Assembly: GCA_017992455.1 (NCBI GenBank)
Contig: JAGOOP010000003.1
Location: 2,696 to 66,695 of the forward strand
Direction of reading: 5' to 3'
DNA length: 64,000 bases
Source: Candidatus Omnitrophota bacterium
Lineage (GTDB): Bacteria > Omnitrophota > Gorgyraeia > Gygaellales > Profunditerraquicolaceae
The notes beneath the pieces were generated by a model. The model was not told the DNA's origin, ran no database searches, and saw only the letters and a list, made by a program, of their open reading frames with translations. The position numbers and the translations under genes are program-made. How positions within the stretch are numbered: the first letter of the stretch is position 1; each line of letters starts with the position of its first letter. Shown here in pieces: positions 1 to 12,928 of this stretch.

Positions 1-547
1 CGATAAGGGGGCTGCCGAACCTGCCGCCGATAAGCTTATCCGGCTCCTTGCTCGATATGACGCCGATGGCAAAAGAACCCTCGACCTTCATGAGCGTTTT
101 GCGCACCGCGTCCTCAAGGCTTGAGTCCTTTAAATAATCTTCGATCAGATGAACTAACACTTCCGTATCGGTCTCCGAAACGAATTTATGGCCTTTTTCC
201 TGCAATTCGGCCTTAAGCCGCACATAATTCTCAATAATACCATTATGGACGATCGCGATCTCTTCTTTGCAGTCCAAATGGGGATGGGAATTAACCTGGT
301 TCGGCGCGCCGTGCGTTGCCCAGCGTGTGTGCGCTATGCCGATGGTGCCGACGAGCGGTTTCTTCTGGAGGATGCTTTCAAGGACCTTGATCTTGCCCGG
401 GGATTTGCGCAGGGATATCTTTTGCTTGTTCGAAAGGATAAGCGCCATGCCGCTGGAATCGTATCCGCGGTATTCAAGGCGCTGAAGGCCGGTGAGAAGC
501 AGCTGCTGGGCCTGGCGATTGCCGATGTAGCCGACTATGCCGCACAT
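1..547 (-). CDS. glmS: Glutamine--fructose-6-phosphate aminotransferase, N-terminal ~182 codons (rest lies beyond the left edge)
   Basis: The reverse strand from ATG at 547-545 reads MCGIVGYIGNRQAQQLLLTGLQRLEYRGYDSSG...IAHTRWATHGAPNQVNSHPH...IVHNGIIENY. This is a class-II glutamine amidotransferase N-terminus with catalytic Cys2. It is absent from the ORF track because it is open at the window edge. Confidence 0.85.
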   Translation of the reverse strand, partial: MCGIVGYIGNRQAQQLLLTGLQRLEYRGYDSSGMALILSNKQKISLRKSPGKIKVLESILQKKPLVGTIGIAHTRWATHGAPNQVNSHPHLDCKEEIAIVHNGIIENYVRLKAELQEKGHKFVSETDTEVLVHLIEDYLKDSSLEDAVRKTLMKVEGSFAIGVISSKEPDKLIGGRFGSPLI

Positions 548-665
548 GGGATTTTGCCCGCGTTGTGGAACTGTGGGATATATGGTATGCGGCTATTCGC
601 CGCATACCATAAATTCGGCCAAACGGCTTACGTTCACTTTGTTCCGTAAGCCGTGGCCTCATTTG

Positions 666-740
666 CGTCCCCACGGGGATTTGAACCCCGGTCGAAAGCT
701 TGAAAAGCTTTTGTCCTGGACCAGGCTAGACGATGGGGAC
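666..740 (-). tRNA. tRNA-Glu (anticodon UUC)
   Basis: The reverse complement GTCCCCATCGTCTAGCCTGGTCCAGGACAAAAGCTTTTCAAGCTTTCGACCGGGGTTCAAATCCCCGTGGGGACG folds as a cloverleaf. Acceptor is GTCCCCA/TGGGGAC, anticodon stem AAAGC/GCTTT with loop TTTTCAA, and T arm CGGGG-TTCAAAT-CCCCG. Confidence 0.9.
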
Positions 741-756
741 AGATCTATATGAGAAT

Positions 757-3189
<2,433 letters not shown>

Positions 3190-3191
3190 GA

Positions 3192-6230
<3,039 letters not shown>

Positions 6231-6254
6231 TTAAAGAAATTCAATTTTACCACG

Positions 6255-6557
6255 TTATTTTGTCTTTGCAACTTTTATCTCTCCGATCACGAACCTGATA
6301 TCCTTGACGTCCATCGAGTATTCGCGCAATTTCGCCAGCAGGTCCCGTTTACGCAGGCTCAGGTGATACATCCACGGCGCGGAATCGACCGCGATCGCGC
6401 AGATGCCGTTGCGGAAATACGCAAGCCGGACATGGCGTAATTCTTTTTTTGCAAAAACTTTTGCGAAATACTGCGCCGGATCGCTTGCCGCCGTCTTTGT
6501 CTTGCGCGTTTCGAGGTCTTTCAGGACCGCCGCGATCGTTGTTCGGATATCATCCAT
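6255..6557 (-). CDS. DUF721 / DciA-like small protein
   Basis: 100-aa ORF in the usual dnaN-(recF)-DUF721-gyrB position. The core VRLAYFRNGICAIAVDSAPWMYHLSLRKRDLLAKL resembles the DUF721 pattern. No recF lies between dnaN and this gene. Confidence 0.6.
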   Translation of the reverse strand: MDDIRTTIAAVLKDLETRKTKTAASDPAQYFAKVFAKKELRHVRLAYFRNGICAIAVDSAPWMYHLSLRKRDLLAKLREYSMDVKDIRFVIGEIKVAKTK

Positions 6558-7649
6558 TTAACCCAATCGCATGGGAAGCACGATATAAACATGGCCGTCC
6601 CCGCGCATAACGCCGGGCTTTTCGCTTCCCGTCATTTCCCATTCCGTCGTCTCGGCGGATATATTCTTGAGCGCGTCGATAAGATATGCCGGATTAAACC
6701 CGATCACCATCTCTTTGCCCGAATACTGGATCGGCACTTCCTCGCGCGACTCCCCGACGTCGGGCGTGGATTTCGACACGACCATTTTATCCTTGAATAT
6801 CTCCATCTTGACCGCCTGGTAATCGGGCGTTGCCAGGAGCGCGGCGCGGCGTATCGCCAGCATCAACTGTTCGCGGTCGGCCTTTATTTTATTCTCCGAC
6901 GCCGGCGGAATGACCTGCTGATAATCGGGAAATTCGCCTTCGATGATGCGCGAAATGATCATGGTATCTTGAAAATCAAACAAAACCTGGTTCGGCCCGA
7001 TCACCAAAGACAACTCTCCTTCGTCTTTTAGATTTCGCATCAATTCCTGGATCGTTTTGATCGGTATGATGATCCTAATCTCTTTCGTGCTGGGTTGTTT
7101 GAGTTTCCGGGTCGCGATCGCAAGGCGTTTTCCGTCTGTCGCCACAAGCGAAAAATTATTTTGGTTAATTTTAAACAAAATACCGTTTAAGATATACCTG
7201 CTTTCGTCCGCCGATACGGCAAATGACGTTAAATTCAACATTTGTTTTAAAACAGACTGCTCCAACTGGATCACTTCTTTATCTTTAAATTCTGGTAATT
7301 TTGGGAACTCCTCTGCCGGGAGCCCGATAATTTTAAACTCACATGTTTTACCCTCGATAAGGACCATGTGATTTTTTTTAGTATTGATCTGCACTAACGG
7401 ATCGGATAATTCCCGTATAATATTACTAAATCTTCGTGCCGGAATAGTTATTGACCCTTGTTCCAGGATCTCCACAGGTATTACACAGCTTATTCCTATA
7501 TTAAGATCGGTTGCGGTCATGCGTAAACCGTCTTTTTGGGTTTCTATTAAAAAATTCGATAATATAGGTAAAGTGGCTTTGGCGCTGATAACATTTTGAA
7601 TGGTATCAAGCCCTTGTATTAAAACATCTTTTTCCACTTTAAATTTCAT
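6558..7649 (-). CDS. dnaN: DNA polymerase III beta sliding clamp
   Basis: 363-aa ORF, MKFKVEKDVLIQGLDTIQNVISAKATLPILSNFLIE...TDGKRLA...MRLG. Typical DnaN length, start and end, immediately downstream of dnaA. Confidence 0.95.
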   Translation of the reverse strand: MKFKVEKDVLIQGLDTIQNVISAKATLPILSNFLIETQKDGLRMTATDLNIGISCVIPVEILEQGSITIPARRFSNIIRELSDPLVQINTKKNHMVLIEGKTCEFKIIGLPAEEFPKLPEFKDKEVIQLEQSVLKQMLNLTSFAVSADESRYILNGILFKINQNNFSLVATDGKRLAIATRKLKQPSTKEIRIIIPIKTIQELMRNLKDEGELSLVIGPNQVLFDFQDTMIISRIIEGEFPDYQQVIPPASENKIKADREQLMLAIRRAALLATPDYQAVKMEIFKDKMVVSKSTPDVGESREEVPIQYSGKEMVIGFNPAYLIDALKNISAETTEWEMTGSEKPGVMRGDGHVYIVLPMRLG

Positions 7650-7808
7650 TTCACTCCTCTCTGTTATTATTATAATCTAATATATATTAAATAATCGTTA
7701 TATTCTTAGTGTGTGTGGATTATGTGGAAATCTTTGTAATCCCTATATATTCAACCCTGTTATAAAAAATCAACCACTGGATAACCAGTGTGTTTATTGC
7801 TGGATAAC
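7650..7808. promoter_or_regulatory. Candidate oriC segment in the dnaA-dnaN spacer (AT-rich tract plus DnaA-box-like 9-mers)
   Basis: AT-rich run ttattattataatctaatatatattaaataatcgttatattc at about 7665-7706. Box-like 9-mers are TGTGGATTA (7714-7722), TGTGGAAAT (7723-7731) and CTGGATAAC (7777-7785 and 7800-7808), compared with the reverse consensus TGTGGATAA. Gene orientation diverges around this locus. Confidence 0.55.
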
Positions 7809-9125
7809 CTGTATAATCCTATTGATCTTTTCTTTTAACGCCGAATTGACCAGCAGGTCCTCTTTGATCTTATTGTATGAATGAAGCACGGTTGTATGGT
7901 CTTTACCGCCAAAATGCTCGCCGATCTCGGGAAACGACTGTTCGGTCAACTCCCTGCATAGATACATCGCGACCTGACGGGGCAGTACGATGGTTTTACT
8001 GCGTTTTTTTTGTTTCAGGTCAGCCAGGGAAACGCCGAATTCCTCGACCACGCAGCGCTGGATAAAATCGATCGTAACGAGTTTTTTAGGCTCGCGCAAC
8101 AGGTCTTTGAACACTTCTTTGGCCAGGTCAAGGGTGATCACTTTTTCTTCCATGAGCGCATACGCGATGATGCGCACGAGCGCGCCTTCGAGCTCGCGGA
8201 TGTTCGTCTTGATGAGGGACGCGATGAAAAATATCACGTCGTCGGGGATGCGCACCGGCTCGCGTTCGATCTTTTTCTTGAGAATGGCCACGCGCGTTTC
8301 AAGGTCCGGCGGCTGCACGTCCGTCGTCAGCCCCCAGCTGAAGCGCGACACGAGCCGTTCCTGGAGATTGGCGATCTCTTTGGGGGTCCGGTCAGACGAA
8401 ATAATGATCTGTTTGTGGCTGTCGTACAGGGCATTGAATGTGTGAAAGAACTCTTCCTGGGTCGATTCCTTGCCCGCGATGAAATGGATGTCGTCGAGAA
8501 CGAGCACGTCGACGTTGCGGAATTTCTGGCGGAACGCGGCGGTCGAATGGTGCTGGATCGCGTCGATCAATTCATTGGTGAACCGTTCGGACGGCATATA
8601 ACAAATCCGCATCTGCGGCGACGCCTGCCGGACGTGATGGCAGATCGCTTGCATGAGATGGGATTTGCCCAGCCCCACGCCGCCGTATATGAAAAGCGGA
8701 TTGTAATTCTTGCCCGGCGCCTCGGCGACCGCGACGGAATACGCGTGCGCGTGGCGGTTCGACGGCCCGAGGACAAAATTTTCGAACGTGTAGCGGGGAT
8801 TAAGGGACAGGCTGTCGCGCGGCTCGGCATTGCGCAGTCGGGTCATGTCAAGCGCCGGCTTCATTCCCGCGGACGCCTTTTCCTGCGCCTCGATCGCCAC
8901 GGTCATGTTTTTACCGGACGATCTGCGCACCGCGTCTTCTATGTCCTTGCGGTAATGCTGTTCCACCCAATCCTTGAAAAAGGCATCGGGCGCCTCGAGG
9001 ACGAGCTGAAGGCCTGTGTGCTGTTTCGGTTTGAGCGGGTTGATCCAGGTCTGGATCGCGGTTTCGCCGAGGGTCCCTTTGAGCAGGTCTGCGGCGTCTG
9101 CCCAGATGCGAGATGCGTCTGACAT
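7794..9125 (-). CDS. dnaA: Chromosomal replication initiator DnaA
   Basis: AAA+ motifs YNPLFIYGGVGLGKSHLMQAI and VLVLDDIHF, plus the C-terminal DNA-binding helix FGGKDHTTVLHSYNKI. The longest ORF begins at 9188. I favour ATG at 9125 (MSDASRIWADAADLL...) because 9129-9180 is packed with DnaA-box-like sites. The start remains uncertain. Confidence 0.93.
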   Translation of the reverse strand: MSDASRIWADAADLLKGTLGETAIQTWINPLKPKQHTGLQLVLEAPDAFFKDWVEQHYRKDIEDAVRRSSGKNMTVAIEAQEKASAGMKPALDMTRLRNAEPRDSLSLNPRYTFENFVLGPSNRHAHAYSVAVAEAPGKNYNPLFIYGGVGLGKSHLMQAICHHVRQASPQMRICYMPSERFTNELIDAIQHHSTAAFRQKFRNVDVLVLDDIHFIAGKESTQEEFFHTFNALYDSHKQIIISSDRTPKEIANLQERLVSRFSWGLTTDVQPPDLETRVAILKKKIEREPVRIPDDVIFFIASLIKTNIRELEGALVRIIAYALMEEKVITLDLAKEVFKDLLREPKKLVTIDFIQRCVVEEFGVSLADLKQKKRSKTIVLPRQVAMYLCRELTEQSFPEIGEHFGGKDHTTVLHSYNKIKEDLLVNSALKEKINRIIQVIQQ

Positions 9126-9128
9126 TGT

Positions 9129-9180
9129 GTTATCAACCATATCCACAGAATATTCACAGAGTGAATAACTCTGTGGAAAA
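9129..9180. promoter_or_regulatory. DnaA-box cluster immediately upstream of the preferred dnaA start
   Basis: TTATCAACC (9129-9137), ATATCCACA (9139-9147, 8/9 to TTATCCACA), ATATTCACA (9150-9158) and TGTGGAAAA (9172-9180, reverse TTTTCCACA, 8/9). Confidence 0.5.
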
Positions 9181-9311
9181 CTTTTCATAATAAAAAATTT
9201 CCGAGACTCACGATAGCCTTATTATACAGTAATTTTAACCGCAGTCAACAAAAAACCGGGCTGCGTATTCACGCGCATCTTTTGCCGCGCGCCGTATTTG
9301 ATACGCAACAC

Positions 9312-9393
9312 TTGACAAAATCCTCTCCTGTGTTAAAATCTCAATCTCATTGTTAACCTTAAGTGTTGACTTGGGTTTCCTTTGTGTTATAAT
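9312..9393 (+). promoter_or_regulatory. Two tandem sigma-70-like promoters upstream of rpmH
   Basis: P1 is TTGACA (9312-9317), 16 nt, TAAAAT (9334-9339). P2 is TTGACT (9366-9371), 16 nt, TATAAT (9388-9393), preceded by TGT (extended -10). Confidence 0.55.
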
Positions 9394-9441
9394 AAAAAAT
9401 CCGAGAAAACACCAACCGCATACAAGGAGTGAACAGGCACC

Positions 9442-9582
9442 ATGAAAAAACATCTGAAGACCCGTTCGAATCTCGTCGGCAAGCGCGGTCAGGGTTTCCG
9501 CGCCAGAATGGCCACCAAGGCCGGCAGGCAAACCCTGAATCGCCGACGGGCAAAAGGCAGAAAAACGCTTTGCACGCATTAG
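9442..9582 (+). CDS. rpmH: 50S ribosomal protein L34
   Basis: 46 codons, [46 protein letters not shown]. This matches the L34 pattern ([20 protein letters not shown]). It is too short for the ORF track and lies in a different frame from ORF 9429-9794. Confidence 0.92.
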   Translation: MKKHLKTRSNLVGKRGQGFRARMATKAGRQTLNRRRAKGRKTLCTH

Positions 9583-9794
9583 GAGTCAGCATACTCACAG
9601 CCGTTATCACGGTATATCAAAAATACGGCAGAGCCCTGTTCCCGCAGTGCTGCCGGTATTGGCCGTCCTGCTCGGAATACGCCAAGCAGGCATTGCAGCG
9701 ATACGGCCTGATCAAGGGCGGATATAAAGCGGTCTGCCGCCTGATGCGCTGCCACCCCTATTCCGGTCGCTCCGGTTTTGATCCTCTAACATAA
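9570..9794 (+). CDS. yidD: Membrane protein insertion efficiency factor YidD
   Basis: The C-terminal two thirds of ORF 9429-9794 read [58 protein letters not shown], the YidD signature. There is no in-frame ATG after rpmH, so the TTG at 9570 is a guess. Confidence 0.75.
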   Translation: MHALGVSILTAVITVYQKYGRALFPQCCRYWPSCSEYAKQALQRYGLIKGGYKAVCRLMRCHPYSGRSGFDPLT

Positions 9795-9796
9795 CT

Positions 9797-11317
9797 ATGG
9801 AAAAAAGAACAGTACTCGCGATCGCACTATCATTTCTGGTCATATTCTTCTGGTCGAAGTTCGTCTACAAGCCGGAACAGTCGCAGATGCGGTCGTCCGG
9901 CAGCGTTATCAGCTCAGAGCCAAGGCAGGAGCGCATAACACCGGTTACCGCCCCCCTTCTTGCTTCAGAAACCGAACAGGTAGTTACAGCGTATACCATA
10001 CCCGGGGCTGTTATTGAGGTTTCTGAACCGGACGCTGCTATAAAACAGGCAGTTTTTGATAAATATAAGAAGAATAAATATATTTTAAATAACGGACTGT
10101 ATTTAGCAGATCCCGCAGTGAAGTTCGATCAAAAAATAAGCGTAAATGACGGATTTTCATATTTTTATGAAGATACAGCCAAACGCATAACAAAAACGCT
10201 TATTTCAACTAACTCTCATTATGTCATGGAGTTAGAGATAAAAATCACCAACCTCTCCTCTTCTTCTCTTCAACAAGACATTCCTATCATATTGGGAAGA
10301 TTTGACTTAGAAAAAAAGAATGGCGCTGACCAGCGTTTTGACGACATTATTGTCAGCGACCAAAGCAAAATATCACACCCGAGTTTTAAAAAACCAGCGA
10401 CATTCCAGGATATTAAATTCATTGGCATGCGGGATCAATATTTCTGTGCCATTATACAGCCTGAATCCACAGGTTATTCCGGATTTGTGAATAAAGTTTC
10501 TGATAAAGTCTTTGATATTGGAATAGCTTCTGATCGGATAAGCATTCAGCCCGGAAGCGAGATCATTCAACGTTTCAAAATATACCTTGGCCCGCAGGAC
10601 ATCGATGCTCTGAGCAAGGCCAATCCAAGCTGGGGAGCAATTGTATATTTTGGCATGTTCGATATTGTTGCGCAGGTCATACTCGGATTATTAAAGTTTT
10701 TATTTACTATTGTAAAGAATTGGGGCGTTGCTATAATTTTGTTGAGCATAGCTATTTATTTGATATTATTCCCGCTTTCAATTAAGCAAATGAAATCAAT
10801 GAAGGAATTGCAAGTATTGCAGCCAAAAATGGAGCAGTTGCGCAAGCAATACGGTGATAATCAGAAAAAATTGAACGAAGAGATGATGAAGCTGTATAAA
10901 GAGCATAAAGTCAATCCGCTTGGCGGGTGCTTGCCAATGGTGCTTCAGATACCAATATTTATATCATTATACCAGGTGCTGTCACGATCAATAGCTCTTA
11001 AGGGAGCGAAATTTCTCTGGATAAAAGATCTTTCTGAGCCAGACAGGCTTTTTAAGCTGCCATTTGAAATACCTTTCATCGGAGAGTATTTTAATATTTT
11101 GCCGATCTTAATGGCTATTGGGATGTTTATCCAGCAAAAAATGTCGTCTGCAAATGCAACAGGACAGGCTGCAGAGCAGCAGAAGATGATGGTTATAATT
11201 TTTCCGATCATGTTCGGCGTGATGTTTTATAATGTTCCTTCAGGGTTGGTCATGTATTGGTTTTTAAATAGCACGCTGATGCTTTTGTATCAGATCAAGG
11301 TTATGAGATCAAAATGA
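9797..11317 (+). CDS. yidC: Membrane protein insertase YidC
   Basis: 506-aa ORF with an N-terminal TM, a periplasmic domain and the conserved C-terminal 60-kDa-IMP core (WGVAIILLSIAIYLILFPLSIKQMKSMKELQVLQPKMEQLRKQY...KVNPLGGCLPMVLQIPIFISLY...PSGLVMYWFLNSTL). Confidence 0.95.
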   Translation: MEKRTVLAIALSFLVIFFWSKFVYKPEQSQMRSSGSVISSEPRQERITPVTAPLLASETEQVVTAYTIPGAVIEVSEPDAAIKQAVFDKYKKNKYILNNGLYLADPAVKFDQKISVNDGFSYFYEDTAKRITKTLISTNSHYVMELEIKITNLSSSSLQQDIPIILGRFDLEKKNGADQRFDDIIVSDQSKISHPSFKKPATFQDIKFIGMRDQYFCAIIQPESTGYSGFVNKVSDKVFDIGIASDRISIQPGSEIIQRFKIYLGPQDIDALSKANPSWGAIVYFGMFDIVAQVILGLLKFLFTIVKNWGVAIILLSIAIYLILFPLSIKQMKSMKELQVLQPKMEQLRKQYGDNQKKLNEEMMKLYKEHKVNPLGGCLPMVLQIPIFISLYQVLSRSIALKGAKFLWIKDLSEPDRLFKLPFEIPFIGEYFNILPILMAIGMFIQQKMSSANATGQAAEQQKMMVIIFPIMFGVMFYNVPSGLVMYWFLNSTLMLLYQIKVMRSK

Positions 11318-11505
11318 CAGACCAGACTGGCGAAATAGAAGCTGAGGGAAAAACAACAGCAGAGGCGATTAAAAAAGCCCTGAGACAGCTTAAGGCAAAA
11401 AGGGACGATGTTAATATTGAGGTTGTTTGTGAAGAAGAAAAAGGCCTTTTTGGTATGGAAGGCGCAAAAATGGCAAAAGTGAAGGTCAGTCTGAAGCAGA
11501 AATAG
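11314..11505 (+). CDS. Jag_N-domain-only protein (KhpB/Jag N-terminal domain without KH/R3H)
   Basis: 63 aa, GEIEAEGKTTAEAIKKALRQLKAKRDDVNIEVVCEEEKGLFGMEGAKMAKVKV. This matches the Jag N-terminal domain pattern. It overlaps the yidC stop (ATGA) as jag usually does, but no KH or R3H domains follow. Confidence 0.6.
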   Translation: MTDQTGEIEAEGKTTAEAIKKALRQLKAKRDDVNIEVVCEEEKGLFGMEGAKMAKVKVSLKQK

Positions 11506-11513
11506 CCGCAATG

Positions 11514-11650
11514 TTCCCCGTGAAAATGTGCGCGTTTGAACATTTTCACAAAAAAATGTATTGACAAAATTAAGCATCGGCCACATAATAAGGGTTGATA
11601 TCTCCGCATGGTTCCCCGTGAAAATGTGCAATATTGCACATTTTAAGGAG
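11514..11650 (+). promoter_or_regulatory. Promoter flanked by two related palindromic elements upstream of the LAGLIDADG-parA-parB unit
   Basis: Direct repeat TTCCCCGTGAAAATGTGC at 11514-11531 and 11612-11629. Inverted repeat GTGAAAATGT / ACATTTTCAC at 11520-11529 / 11540-11549. Perfect 24-bp palindrome AAAATGTGCAATATTGCACATTTT at 11621-11644. Promoter -35 TTGACA (11561-11566), 17 nt, -10 CATAAT (11584-11589). SD AAGGAG at 11645-11650. Confidence 0.55.
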
Positions 11651-11657
11651 TGCTTAA

Positions 11658-12107
11658 ATGATCGACCCTTGGTATGTGACTGGATTTTGTGACGGAGAAG
11701 CTGCTTTTACATTTAGTCGTGCAGGCGCTTCTTACGCCATTTATTTTGGATTACGACAACGGGCAGATAATGCTCAAATAATTGAAGAAATACACCAGTT
11801 TTTTAACTACGTCGGGCGCTTATATTATTCTAAAGGAGCAGCGCCAACACATAATAGCGGGTTAACACAACCAGCGATATATTATAGGGTGACGAAAAAC
11901 GAAGAACTCCAGGAAATAATCGCTCATTTTGATAAATATCCGTTGCAAAGCTTAAAAAAGCGAGATGCCTACAAGATTTGGCGCGAAATGGTGATTTATA
12001 AGAAAGATCATTATCGAGATATTGATTATGATACGATTAGGAGGCTCGCCGATTCTTTGTCTCAGGCGAATTCAAAGAGCAGGGTTTATAAACGTCACAC
12101 TAGATAA
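11658..12107 (+). CDS. Single-motif LAGLIDADG homing-endonuclease-family protein (free-standing)
   Basis: 149 aa. The N-terminal WYVTGFCDGEAAFTF is a LAGLIDADG motif with an acidic residue at the catalytic position, and the size matches homodimeric I-CreI-type enzymes. Its stop TAA overlaps the parA ATG (TAATG at 12105-12109). The gene is visibly AT-richer than its neighbours. Confidence 0.8.
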   Translation: MIDPWYVTGFCDGEAAFTFSRAGASYAIYFGLRQRADNAQIIEEIHQFFNYVGRLYYSKGAAPTHNSGLTQPAIYYRVTKNEELQEIIAHFDKYPLQSLKKRDAYKIWREMVIYKKDHYRDIDYDTIRRLADSLSQANSKSRVYKRHTR

Positions 12108-12928
12108 TGAGTAAGGTATTTGCGATTTGTAATCAGAAGGGCGGCACTGGCAAAACAACGTCGGCAATTAATATTGCCGCCTATATGGCATTGGCAGGAA
12201 AGAGGGTGCTGCTTGTAGATCTTGATCCACAGGCGAATGCAACAAGCGGCGTTGGTATTGACCGGCATCAGATAAAGCAGAGCACATACCACATACTTCT
12301 CGAGGAACTCAGCGTCGGGGAGATAATCCAAAAAACAGCCATCCCGAATCTATTCCTTGCTCCGGCAAACCTGGATCTGACCGGAGCCGAGGTCGAATTG
12401 GTCAGCGCTCTCGGCCGCGAATACCGTCTTAAAAAATCCCTTGCTGCGGTCCGCGCCGAATATGACTTTATCATTATCGACTCTCCGCCGTCATTGGGCC
12501 TTCTGACCATAAACTCGCTTTCCGCAGCTGATTCGATCCTGATCCCTGTGCAATGCGAATATTACGCGCTCGAGGGGCTGACACAGTTGAATAACACGTT
12601 TAACCTGGTGAAAAACAATCTGAATCAGGGGTTGGCCATACAAGGCGTTATTCTTACCATGGCTGACTTCAGGACAAACCTGACAAAAGAAGTCATCAAC
12701 GAAGTCAAAAAGAATTTTCCAGGCCACGTATATGATACGGTTATACCGAGGAGCATTAGACTGAGCGAAGCTCCGAGTTATGGCAAGCCAATAGCGATAT
12801 ACGACAAAGACAACATCGGCGCTAAAAAATACGAGCAATTGACAATGGAGATTTTAGGAAGCACAACCGTATCATCAGATAAAAATTTTGATACGGTTAT
12901 GCATGAACCACAGTCACAGGAGGCTTGA
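12107..12928 (+). CDS. parA: Chromosome partitioning ATPase ParA/Soj
   Basis: 273 aa. Deviant Walker A NQKGGTGKTTSAINIAAY, plus VLLVDLDPQANAT and IIIDSPPSLGLLT. Confidence 0.93.
   Translation: MSKVFAICNQKGGTGKTTSAINIAAYMALAGKRVLLVDLDPQANATSGVGIDRHQIKQSTYHILLEELSVGEIIQKTAIPNLFLAPANLDLTGAEVELVSALGREYRLKKSLAAVRAEYDFIIIDSPPSLGLLTINSLSAADSILIPVQCEYYALEGLTQLNNTFNLVKNNLNQGLAIQGVILTMADFRTNLTKEVINEVKKNFPGHVYDTVIPRSIRLSEAPSYGKPIAIYDKDNIGAKKYEQLTMEILGSTTVSSDKNFDTVMHEPQSQEA

Noticed and set aside
8010-9122. 370-aa plus-strand ORF antisense to dnaA. Similar long shadow ORFs include 13931-14944(-), 21027-22289(-), 33149-34489(-), 36763-37770(-), 42344-43597(-), 57362-59227(+) and 61468-62538(+).
   Set aside because: Each lies opposite a gene with clear family motifs. 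The translations are Arg/Asp/His-rich and low in information, with no recognisable domains. This is typical of frame-shadow ORFs in GC-rich DNA.
9429-9794. 121-aa ORF read as one protein
   Set aside because: Its first third overlaps rpmH in another frame and has no family features. Only the C-terminal part is YidD. The ORF is an artefact of an open upstream frame.
11511-11531. Canonical parS site upstream of parAB
   Set aside because: TGTTCCCCGTGAAAAT matches the 16-bp parS consensus at only 12 positions and is not itself palindromic. I saw no better parS inside parB. It is kept only as an alternative hypothesis in the palindrome finding.
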